Assembly (NCBI RefSeq): GCF_028641065.1
Contig: NC_073407.1
Span: forward strand, 186,001 to 250,000
Source of the DNA: Leucoraja erinacea
Taxonomy: Eukaryota
DNA: 64,000 bases
Direction: 5' to 3'
Part shown: positions 38,541 to 49,454 of the stretch, one piece after another
How the letters are laid out: every line of letters starts with the position of its first letter
How positions within the stretch are numbered: the stretch's first letter is position 1
Position numbers and translations under genes: made by a program
The notes under the pieces: model-generated
The model's database searches: none
What the model saw: only the letters and a program-made list of their open reading frames with translations
Told to the model about the DNA's origin: nothing

Positions 38541-41038
38541 CAGTTCAATGGTATTCTTCTTATAAAACCTTGACCAAACGCAAAGTCAGTATTCCAAGGT
38601 ACACAAAAATGCTGGAGAAACTCAGCGGTTGCAGCAGCAGCTATGGAGCGAAGGGAATAGGCAACGTTTCAGACCAAAACCCTTCTTCAAACCATAGATG
38701 CAGTCTCAAAATCAGCCTCAAAATCGTCCTGTACAACTTTACTTCCCGACATTAATTAATTTGTTGACTCATTAAGTCCCAACACCTTTCTCACCTTCCT
38801 ATCTACCTCCGATGATTCTTTCAGGGAAGTATGTACCGAAATCCTACATCCTTCTGCTCTCCAGCAATCACCAGGACGTTACTGTTCATTGTAAATGCAA
38901 TTGCCTTGAACTCCTAAAATGGAACAGCTTGTACCCTTCTGAATTAAATGCAATTCGTCATTTCTCGGACCATTTGCCCAACTGATCCAGATCTCGCTGT
39001 GATGCCTGATCTCCCTGTTGACGATGCCAACTCTGTAATATAATTTGCAAACATATTAATTTCCAAACATTTTTAAATGCATTGTACATTCTCAATGAAA
39101 TCATTGATGTAGATGACAAACAGCAATGGCTCTCATCGAATACCGAGGTACAACATTAATTACAGTTATCCAATCCGGACAGCCAGCTTGTGCCATCCTT
39201 TGTTTACTATCAGGAAGCCAATTACAAAGCTCTGTCCAAAACTCATGCAATCTAATCTTCTAGAACCAGCAGTACGGAATCCTATCAAAGAGCTAGTTCA
39301 AGTCCATACATATACATGTAGGAACTGCGAATGCTGGTTTATACCGAGGATAGAAACAAAATTTTGGAGTAACTCAACGGGTCAGGCAGCACATTTGGAT
39401 TAAACTGATGAGTGATGTTTTGGGTCTGAACTTTTTTTCTGAATGAAAGTAAAGGTGGGATGTGGGCGACGGGGAGATAAACTGAGGGCGAGAAACGGCC
39501 AGAATAAATCAGGACCGGCAACGAGTTACCTCAGGAGGTTGGACCCCATAATGGCACAATGTTGGTTGGGGAAGGTGTGACATACATGGATACGAACAGT
39601 AGAACTGGTAAGACAACTAGGGTAGGGATGGTGGCAGGGGAGAGAATGGATGGCAGGAATTTAGTTTGGTTTATGTTTAGATTAAACCTACAGCTTGGAA
39701 ACAGGCCACGGCCCATCGAGTCCACGCTGACCAGCGATCATCCGTACACTAGCACCATCCTACACACTAGGAACAATTTACAATTTGCAGAAGCTAATGA
39801 AACCTACAGTCCCTACAAAAACATGTTATATCTTCAATAACCCGATATAATTTGTGAGATACGATCTCCCTCTGCAAAAAATGAATACATGTTGCCAACA
39901 ACTACTCAACCTCCAAATGCATTCATATTTTAGAATCCTCATCAGTAACTTCCTACTAGATATGTTAGGCTCACTGGTCTTGTGTTTCTATGTCTTACTG
40001 TGCAGGCTTCGTAAATAGAGGCAGAGCATTAGCCACCGTCGTCTTCCGACATCTCACATTTATTTAACAATGATTGATATACCTCAGCTAGGGCTCCAAC
40101 TGAAGACTAGCTACAGACACCACTTTACAAACCAGGAGATCTACCGTGAAACTGCAACAAAACCTCTCAGCCAGGACATAAAGGTACGCAGGATGAAATT
40201 TGCAGCACATGTACTCAGAATGTCACCAGAACGTGCACCGAAAGTAGCAATGACATGGTAAACTGACGGAACAAGGAAAAGAGGCCGACCAAAACTCACA
40301 TGGAGGCGAACATTCCAGAAGGATTTGGAAGCCCGGGACGCAAACCTATCGAGGGTGGAAGACATCGCACATAACCGAACAGAATGGCGAAAGCTTGCTG
40401 CCCAATGCACTCACCAGTGTGGGAGGAACTATGTCTACCAACTTGCATTGTATCCTTGCATATACATCTCTCTAACTTCTCCAGGTGCACAGTAGAGAGC
40501 ATGCTGGCCGGTTGCATCGTGGCTTGGTTTGGCAACTGTAGCGCCCTGGAGAGGAAAATACTACAAAAATTAAACACTGCCCAGTCCATCATCGGCTCTG
40601 ACCCCCGTCCCATCGAGGGGATCTATCGCAGTCGCTGCCTCAAAAAGGCTGGCAGCATCATCAAGGATTTACATCCTCCTGGCCACACACCCATCTCTCT
40701 GCTAACTTAAGGTAGGAGGTACAGGAGCCTGAAGACTGCAATGACCAGGTTCAGGAAAAGTTACTTCCCCACAGCCATTAGGCTATTAATCTTGGCTCAG
40801 ACAACAATTTGAACATTAATAGTAAGATTAAACGAGAACTTACCAGTTTGAAGTTTGATCTGTATTTTATGAGGAGGAACGTTGAGGGAATACATGAAGA
40901 AGCCCGCCCACAGCGCTAGCGTGTCATCCTTCAAAGCAGCGGTGTGAGGTCACAGATACCCAATATTGACCTAAAATAGCAAGATTATTAAAGAGATACC
41001 AGCTTAAGATATGACCCTATGAGGGTGGGAGCGGAGGG

Positions 41039-41151
41039 CATGTATTCCCTCAACGTTCCTCCTCATAAAATACAGATCAAACTTCAAACTGGTAAGTTCT
41101 CGTTTAATCTTACTATTTTACTTCGGAGTCACGTGAGGGACTCCATGAAGA
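41039..41151 (+). repeat. DIRS internal complementary region (ICR)
   Basis: 41039-41117 is the exact reverse complement of 40818-40896, and 41113-41151 is the exact reverse complement of 45890-45928. The two overlap at CTATT. Confidence 0.95.
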
Positions 41152-41335
41152 TTTCAAAGCTCTGTGACCTCACGCCCTGGAAAAACCGAGTCCATGCTTC
41201 ACAACTGCCTTGGTAGTTTGGGAGAAATTGTTAATGATTTTTTAAAACCAGAAAAACATTGATACCAATTGTTTAACGTAACAATAAATAATATTTATTA
41301 ATTCAAATCATAAACCCTTGTTCATCAGGGATAAA

Positions 41336-42307
41336 TTATAATACGGAACTTAAAAGTTTCCCCGAAAACGTTTCTATACCACTAAGTGGTTTATTATAGA
41401 ATTTTTGAAATGTCCTCTCCGACGACCATCCTGCAGTCCTGAGGATTTGGTCCATGGAGACCTCAAGGCGTTTTGCTGCGGATGTAGCTGCCGCCCTGGT
41501 GGAGTGAGATTTAAATATATTAGTGTCCACTCCTGCCTTCCTTAACCCATATTTAATCCACCGTGAAATAGTCTGAGTAGACACCCTCTGGTATGGTTTC
41601 CTATAGCTGATTAACAGCCCCATTTCTTTGCCTCTAATGGCCTTAGTCCGTTCAATATACAACAAAATATGTTTCATAATACAGAGACGTTCGTCCTCCG
41701 GGTAAGCCAGAAATTCAATGACCTGTCCTGCTGATCCTGGTCTATTTTGTTTAATTAAATCCTGTATTACAAAGACCAAACGTCCTGCCGCCATAGAGAA
41801 GCTATCCAGTCTCAACTTTCGCAGTGACTGGACCCTCTGTGCTGTGACCAATGCCATCAGCATAACCATTTTTCTAGTTAACGTGTCCAGAGTCAATGCT
41901 GTGGCCGGCGACCAACTTCTTAGCATGTTGAGGACCACACTTGCATCCCAGATCTGGGTATATCTTGGTTTTGGTGGTCTGGTGTTAAAAATACCTCTTA
42001 ACAGTTTAATTACCAGCGGATGAGACCCCACTGAAAGACTATCTGTTCCTTGCCACAAAAAGGTTGATAAAGCACTTCTGGCACTATTAACAGTCCTATA
42101 ACTAAGTCCTTCGTAGTGCAGACTGGTGAGGAACTCTAGCACTGCTGGCACATTCTTATCTCTGTGGTCCAGATGATTATAATGGCAGTAATTAATCCAT
42201 TTCCTAATGTGACTTAAATATTGCTTTTGTGTTGACCTTCTTTGCGCTGCTGTGATCATATCCACAGTTCTACTGGATAGCCCCATGTCTCGTAGAGGTT
42301 CCTTCAA
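41336..42307 (-). CDS. DIRS tyrosine recombinase (open ORF, 323 aa)
   Basis: TAQRVQSL (catalytic Arg), HSTRAAATS (HxxR), AGWSSERTFQKFY (W...Y nucleophile). The start codon is uncertain. Confidence 0.92.
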   Translation of the reverse strand: MKEPLRDMGLSSRTVDMITAAQRRSTQKQYLSHIRKWINYCHYNHLDHRDKNVPAVLEFLTSLHYEGLSYRTVNSARSALSTFLWQGTDSLSVGSHPLVIKLLRGIFNTRPPKPRYTQIWDASVVLNMLRSWSPATALTLDTLTRKMVMLMALVTAQRVQSLRKLRLDSFSMAAGRLVFVIQDLIKQNRPGSAGQVIEFLAYPEDERLCIMKHILLYIERTKAIRGKEMGLLISYRKPYQRVSTQTISRWIKYGLRKAGVDTNIFKSHSTRAAATSAAKRLEVSMDQILRTAGWSSERTFQKFYNKPLSGIETFSGKLLSSVL

Positions 42308-44398
42308 AGTCTACAAGCCAACAAAGCAATATTTTTATAACATGGATGGCTATCGTGAGTTACCGGATGCACCAGCAACTTAGGACTATGTTTAAAGTGC
42401 ATACATGGTTCTAAAACCATATCCTGTATCACCGAGAACCATGGTTGTGTAGGCCAATCAGGTACTATGAGAATCCCAGATGCCGAATCCTGTTGAATTT
42501 TCCTTAGTACCCGATTGATGAGGCAGAAAGGAGGAAATGCATATATGAACCATTTCCCCCAGTGCAGTGAAAATGCATCTGTAGCTTCTGCCCCAGGATC
42601 TGGTTCCCATGATACATACCTTGGTAACTGGTGATTTAACCTGGATGCAAAAAGATCAATATCCATACTTCCATACTTTTCTGTGATTTCCCCAAAGACA
42701 TATTCAACATCCATTCTGTATTTTCATTAAATTTTCGTGACCTGGCGTCCGCCACTGAATTTAGTATCCCTGGTAGATACGTAGCCGATAACCAAATATT
42801 CCTTTGGATACACCATTGCCAAATTAAATTTGCCAATTTATCACAAGATATTGATATATTTCCACCCATATGATTTATATATGCCACCACGTGGTATTGT
42901 CTATCTGCAATCTAACATGCTGCTGATTCATACCTGAGCAAAAAGACTTAAGCCCATGAAATGCACTTAACATTTCTAAATAATTTATACCCTTAGTATT
43001 TAGTAGGTTAGCTTCTTGAATATTCCATCTCCCTCCACAGCTCGAGATGGTATCCGTTGCACCCCAACCAATTGCACTGGCATCTGTTTGTAATACCACA
43101 GACGGGTTGTCAATAACTATTGGGTTGGAGCCATACTTAACATTGTGTTCCCACCATTGTAATTCTTTTATAGCTTCAATTGTTAGCTCCATTGGCCTAT
43201 CAAAATGGCCTCTATTAATTTTGAGTGCTCTTATTTTGTCTCTCTGTAAATTTTGGTAATGTAATGGTCCAAATTGTATGGCAGGAAATGTAGCCACAAT
43301 TTTTCCAATCATTCTGGCTACCCGTCTAATGGATGGTTTAACGGTATTAATAAGCTCTGTGCAATCCTTTTGTATTTCTGTGGCTTTCCCTAGTGGTAAA
43401 GTCACTAACATATCAATTGAGTTAATGGTGAACCCCAGGTAATCCATATTAGTTGATGGTGTTAATTTAGACTTAATTGGATGGATAATGAACCCCAGGT
43501 GTTCAAACAATTGCTTAGTGGCCACCACTGCCTGACATGCCAATTCATAAGTTTTCCCCACTATAAGAATATCATCCAAATATGCCATTACTCTATGATT
43601 TTGTTGTCGCAATAATGCCAAAGCTGGTTTTAGAATTTTTGTAAATAACCTGGGCGCTGACGTAAGCCCATTTGGCAAAGCCTTATACTGCCAAAGCTGT
43701 CCCATCCAATTAAATTTCAAAAACCTCCTGTGTCTATTTCTAATGGGTATTGTATAGTAAGCATCCTTAAGATCAATACTTGCCATAAAATAGCCTTTAG
43801 ACACTAAGTCTATAGCAGTGCTAAACGTATCCATTTTAAAATGAACATATTGCACAAATTTGTTAAGTGTTGACAAATCAATAATAACACGACAACCCCC
43901 ATCTTTCTTATTCCTAATAAATATGTTAGAGACAAACTCCTGTTTTTCAGGTTTGGTTTGTTCAATTACCCCTTGATTGAATAATCTTTTTATTTCTATG
44001 TGAGCTTTTGCTTGTTCTAATTTAGTAAGTATATATTTTCTGTCCGGTGTATGTTGTACTGGAGGGTTATGTTTGTGTAAGAACTCTATCAGATATCCCT
44101 TAATACTGCTAAGGATATATCTGTCCATAGTTATATTGCACCATGCTTCCAAATGAAGTTGCAATGCCCCTCCAACTTCCGTGCTCCCTACAACTTTTGG
44201 AGCCGCAGATTCACCTACCTCCATGGTTATCGGTGGTAATTTAGTTATTTCCTTATTTTTATTCGTGGATGTGGAGGCCCTTGAAGTTGAGGTTGCGATG
44301 GCTGCTGATGTACTGGCTTCCGCATTTTCCACAGCGGACGTCCCGGGCCAAACCCTAAAAAAGGACGCTGCTGCTGCTGGGGGCTCCTCTCTCTCCAA
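42304..44398 (-). pseudogene. DIRS pol: RT, RNase H and Dam-like methyltransferase domain, broken by two frameshifts (~42890, ~42705)
   Basis: SIDLKDAYY, LPNGLTSAPR, AYLDDIL (RT); QTDASAIGWG, INYLEM, IDNTT/VAYIN (RNase H); DLFAS...DAF...YAFPPF...PDWPTQPWF (MT). Likely start MEVG near 44224. Confidence 0.9.
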
Positions 44399-45747
44399 TT
44401 CCTGGTGGTATTATAGAGCCCACCCTTTTTTGGACGCCCATAGGGTTGATATCTCTTTCCTAGATACCCTTTGGCTGCCCTTATCAGCCCCAAAGTCCTG
44501 GCCTCCTCATCCAACTCTTTGACCTGTTTAGACAAGTCTCCTCCAAATAGTAGGGTTTGGGGTTTTATATCCCTTTGCTTGCACAAAACAGCAAATTTAG
44601 GGTCTAGAACTGGCTGAATAGCTCCCTTTCTTAAATTGTTTAATTCCAATTGTACATTACACAATAATGCTAATGCATCCTTTTGATCACTATTCATCTC
44701 CACTTTCTCGAACGAACGGGCCAAAGCTGTAATCCCCGCTGTGAGACTTTTGAGGGCATTTTGGACCTTAAGATCCTGATTCCTAATACCCCCCCCCACA
44801 TGCTTCCAAATACACCTATTTACACTGGCTACATGCAGCGCAGTACAATTCCCTGGTGGTAAGTGCCTTGCCAATACTTCAGCCATCGTATTAGCCTGCA
44901 ACTGGTGTGTGGACATGTACTCGATACTTGCAGCCATCCTGTCCTCGAGGTTCTTGCCGGTCTGCTCCTGCTGGAAGTACTGTCCCACCATGTCCAGTAA
45001 GTTGTGTTCCTTCCCTTCAATGGGAGAAGACGGTTCCACCTCTTGCTCAGACTCTGAGCTGGTCAGACATTCGATATCCTCCTCAGAGGAGTCTGATATA
45101 TCTTGCAGCCCTTTAAGGGAACCTGCTGTGGGGCTTACATTATGCCCACTGTGGCTATCCTCCCTCTCACGGAGCCTGCCACTATGGATAATTTCATCCA
45201 GCAGCCGCTCCAGCCGACTTTCGCGCTCTCGGGCGCTAGTCGATCGCGGGTGCTTATCGGGCCGCTCCAGCCGACTTCCGTGCACTCGGGCACTAGTCGC
45301 TCGCGGTTCCCGCAGCCGGTCCCCATGCCTCCCTGCACTGGTCGCTCCCGGCCGCCCAATATTCTCCTGCCGCCCTTCCCGGCCCCGGTACTCACGAGCA
45401 CCTGTCGCCGGCGGCTGGATATCCATCCATTGGTAGTGGCTTTCCAGCTCCGTAAGGCTGGCCGCTCCTGGCTGCTCCTGGCTGCTCCTTTCCCGCAGCT
45501 GCTCGTCAGTTCTCCTGAACTGGTAAGTACTGTCTCCACCACCAGAATTAAGGTGATGGGACTTTTGTTTTGCCTTCCCGCCCGGCCGCGAAATCGATTT
45601 TGCCGGCGCGGGGTTCAAGTCGGGCACAGCTGGTTCCTCCATCGGTAACACCTGTGGCATCGGCTGCTGCTGCTGCAGGTCCCCGGCTCCTTCCCGACTT
45701 ACTTGCTGCTCCTTTCTCACCGACTTCCTCCGAGGTGCTCTGTCCAT
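44245..45747 (-). CDS. DIRS gag-like ORF1 (500 aa, open)
   Basis: Long ORF upstream of and overlapping pol. PGNC...VN..IW, DALALL, LLFGGDL motifs are also present in the second DIRS copy. Confidence 0.85.
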   Translation of the reverse strand: MDRAPRRKSVRKEQQVSREGAGDLQQQQPMPQVLPMEEPAVPDLNPAPAKSISRPGGKAKQKSHHLNSGGGDSTYQFRRTDEQLRERSSQEQPGAASLTELESHYQWMDIQPPATGAREYRGREGRQENIGRPGATSAGRHGDRLREPRATSARVHGSRLERPDKHPRSTSARERESRLERLLDEIIHSGRLREREDSHSGHNVSPTAGSLKGLQDISDSSEEDIECLTSSESEQEVEPSSPIEGKEHNLLDMVGQYFQQEQTGKNLEDRMAASIEYMSTHQLQANTMAEVLARHLPPGNCTALHVASVNRCIWKHVGGGIRNQDLKVQNALKSLTAGITALARSFEKVEMNSDQKDALALLCNVQLELNNLRKGAIQPVLDPKFAVLCKQRDIKPQTLLFGGDLSKQVKELDEEARTLGLIRAAKGYLGKRYQPYGRPKKGGLYNTTRNWRERSPQQQQRPFLGFGPGRPLWKMRKPVHQQPSQPQLQGPPHPRIKIRK

Positions 45748-46599
45748 TCCTACAACAAAGTTAAAAATGCAGAGTCACTTACCTGCCGTTCGTCGGCTTT
45801 TTACTCTCCCATTCACGGGGACGTCCTCCCCAGGTGTGACACGTCCATGCGTTGTTTGCGATATGACACGCTAGCGCTGTGGGCGGGCTTCTTCATGGAG
45901 TCCCTCACGTGACTCCGAAGTAAAATAGCCCATTATCTGTTATTTGCACTTTATCAGTTTATTTATTCATATATGTATATATTTATATAATGGTATTTGG
46001 ACACACTGATCTGTTCTGTAGTCATGCCTACCATGTTCTGTTGTGCTGAAGAAAAGCACAAATTTCATTGTCCTATCAGGGACACATGACAATAAACTCT
46101 CTTGAATCTTGAATCGTGAATCTTGAATCTGAACGTGCCTTGGAATGTTGTGCATATTCATGCTTCTTAGGGCATTTAACACCTCCTCTGAATGTAATAT
46201 ATACTGACTGCCCTCAAGACATTGCCATTGATTTCCCTAACTTCTCTCATCTTCATATCCTTCTTTGCAGTTCAAACAAAGGAGAAATGTTCATGGACAG
46301 AACCCACCTCCTTTTTAAACTGAAGTTTAATCCGGATAAATGAGCGGCTATCCACTTTGGTAGCACAAACAGGAATGCAGATTATTATCTGAATGGTGTC
46401 CGGTTATGAAAAGGTGAAGTACAACGAGACCTGGGTGTCCTTGTACATCAGTCACTGAAAGTAAGCATGCAGGTACAACAGGTAGTGAAGAAAGCAAATG
46501 GCATGTTGGCCTTCATAACGAGAGGAGTTGAGTATAGGAGCAAAGATGTCCTTCTGCAGTTATACAGGGCCCTGGTGATACTACACCTGCCGTATTGTG

Positions 46600-47192
46600 A
46601 GTGAGGCAAGGCAGCGCCTTTACCACCTCAGGCAATTGAGGAAATTCAGAGTGTCTCCGAGGATCCTCCAGTGCTTCTACGCAGCGGCGGTGGAAAGCAT
46701 CTTGTCCGGGAACATTACCATCTGGTTCGGGAATTGCTCTGCCAAGGACAAGAAGGCTCTGCAGAGAGTAGTGCGCTCGGCCGAACGCACTATGGGAACT
46801 TCACTCACCCCCCTGCAGGAACTATACAACAGGAGGTGCAACTCCAGAGCAAACAAAATCATGAGAGACCTCTTCCACCCCTGCAACAGACTGTTCCAGC
46901 CGCTACGGTCAGGCAAACGCCTCCGTTGCCATGCAGTGAGAACGGAGAGGTTGAGAAGGAGTTTCTTCCCAGAGGCAATTCGGACTGTAAACGCCTTTCT
47001 CACCAGGGACTAACTGTACAGAACGTTTTTCTTTCTATTATTTATTATGTAAAATAATATGTGTGTTATGTTTGTGTTTATAATTTGTTTGGTTGTTTTG
47101 TTGTTCCGCGAGCATTGCCACTTTCATTTCACTGCGCATCTCGTATGTGTATGTGACAAATAAACTTGACTTGACTTGACTTGACTTGACTT
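46600..47192 (+). mobile_element. Rex1-like LINE 3' fragment, TSD GTATTGTG, inserted in a CR1 of unit B
   Basis: ARQRLYHLRQL...SFFPEAIR; (CTTGA)n tail; TSD at 46592-46599 and 47193-47200; empty site at ~26371. Confidence 0.92.
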
Positions 47193-48144
47193 GTATTGTG
47201 TGCAGTTTTGGTCTCCTAATTTGAGGAAGGCCATTCTTACTATTGAGGGAGTGCAGCATAGGTTCACGAGGTTAACCCGGAATGGCGGGACTATCATATG
47301 ATGAAAGAATGGTTTCATTGGAATTTAGAAGGATGAGAGGGTATCTTATAAAAATATAAACGCGGGAAACGTGTTTTCGATGTTGGGGGAGTCCAGAACA
47401 AGGGACCACAGTTTAAGAATAAGGAGTAAGCCATTTAGAACTGAGAGGAGGAAAACCTTTTTCACACAGAAAGTTGTGAACTTGTGAAATTCTCTGCCTC
47501 AGAAGGCAGTGGAGGCTGATTCAGTGGATGAATTCAAAAGAGAGTTCAATAGAGCTCTTAGGTCTAGCGGAAACAAGCGGTATGGGGAGAAGGCAGGAAC
47601 GGGGTACTGATTGTGGATGATCAGCCAAGATCACAGTGAATGGCGGTGCTGGCTCAAAGGGCCAAATGACCTAATCCTACACCAATTGTTTATGTATCTA
47701 TGTATCTAATGCGATTTAATATTAACAAATGTCCATGGAACAATGGTTGCATGAGCTGTTTTACAACAAAATGAGAAATAAGAGCAGGAGAAGGACATGT
47801 TCGTGCTTATTCCCCTCTTCACATTGAAAGTGCATATCGTGCACTTTCAATTCCTTATCCTTCTTTCTTCAATTATTAACTTATGCCACTGCTCCCAACA
47901 ACAACAGCTAACCACTTTGTGGATATATTTAATGATTTCATATTAATTACCATTCCTATTCCGACTCAGTTCATCCAGTCTGTCGTGGCTTTGAGTCCCC
48001 AATGGTTTGACTGCAGTCTGACATTGTTAATCGGAGCTTCACATTAGGTCGCATCGTGATGTGCGTTGAGGTGACGAGAAATGTGTTGATGATTGATTTG
48101 TTTCTGGGCAGATTTGTGTGTCGTTGTGACAGAATCATAATATT

Positions 48145-48181
<37 letters not shown>

Positions 48182-48529
48182 GCGGTGGTTTGGAGTTAGC
48201 ACATTCATATCCACACACAAAATATATTGCTGCTTCCTTTGAATTTCACCGTGATCTCATAAGTTGAGACAGTTCATAAGTGCTCGGAGCAGAATTATCA
48301 ATTCGAGCCATCAAGCCATCAAATCTGCTCCGCTAGTCAATAATGGTTGTTCTATCTTCCCTTTTAACATAATTCTCCTGCCTTCTCCCCATAAGCCCTA
48401 ACACCCGCACTAGTCAAAAAAGTATGTAAATCTGCCTTCTTTTCAGTGGCATATTGTAAAATATTGAAATCGGGCCACATGATGCTACCAGTGAAATTAC
48501 ACAAGTAATATTTTCCTCCTGGACTACTG

Positions 48530-49141
48530 TCCGATCTACAAAGCTGAGGCCAGATGCCAACTCTCGGACACCTCGTCCTACGTACCCCTGGACCATGCCC
48601 CCACAGACGAGCACCAGGCCACTATCTCTAGCACCATCACAGACTTCATCCCCTCAGGCTCCCTGCCCCCCTATGCCTCCAAGCTCATCGTTCCCCAGCC
48701 CCGCACGGCCCTGATTTTACCTTCTCCCCAAAATCCACAAACCTGACTGTCCTGGTAGACCCATTACCTCTGCCTGTTCATGTCCTACCGAACATATTCC
48801 CACATACCTCAACTCCATCCTATCCCCCCTGATTAAATCTCTCCCTGCCTATGTTCAAGACACCTCAGACACTCTCCGTCGTCTCCGCGCATTCCATTCT
48901 CTAGGCCCTCACCCCTCATCTTTACCATGGACGTCCAGTCACTCTATACCTCCATCCCCCACCAGGAGGGTCTCAAAGCCCTTTAGTTCTTCCTCGACCG
49001 GACAACTAACCAATCCTCATCCACAGATACTCTCCTCCGCCTAGTAGAGCTGGTCCTTACCTTTAATAACTTCTCATTTGACTCCTCCCATTTCCTCCAA
49101 ATACAAGGCGTAGCGATGGGCACGCACGTGAGCCCCAGCTA
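48530..49141 (+). mobile_element. PLE RT fragment
   Basis: FYLLPKIHKPDCPGRPI...TMDVQSLYTSIPH...FLQIQGVAMG, homologous to 501-950. Confidence 0.8.
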
Positions 49142-49454
49142 TATAACCATATAACAATTACAGCACGGAAACAGGCCATCTCGGCCCTTCTAGTCCATGC
49201 TGAACACTTACTATGACCTAGTCCCATCTACCTGCACTCAGACCATAACCCTCCATCCCTTTCCCGTCCATATACCTATCCAGTTTATTTTTAAATGATA
49301 AAATCGAACCAGCCTCCACCACTTTCACGTGAAGCTCATTCCACACAGCTACCACTCTCTGAGTAAAGAAGTTCCCCCTCATGTTAACCCTAAACTTTTG
49401 TCCCTTAATTCTCCAATCATGTCCTCTTGTTTGAAACACCCTTCCTTTCTATTC

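Larger units (their letters stand above)
40823..45928 (-). mobile_element. Full-length DIRS1-type tyrosine-recombinase retrotransposon (5106 bp)
   Basis: Gene order gag / RT-RNaseH / MTase-like / YR. Perfect 35-bp inverted repeats at 40893-40927 and 45863-45897. ICR at 41039-41151 is complementary to both ends. Flanked by AATAG. Confidence 0.96.
28548..48530 (+). repeat. Segmental duplication unit B
   Basis: Same collinear unique sequence as unit A, expanded by L2, CR1, two Rex1 and DIRS insertions. Confidence 0.92.

Noticed and set aside
44909-45648. Plus-strand ORFs of 175-181 aa
   Set aside because: Antisense shadows of the GC-rich DIRS gag.
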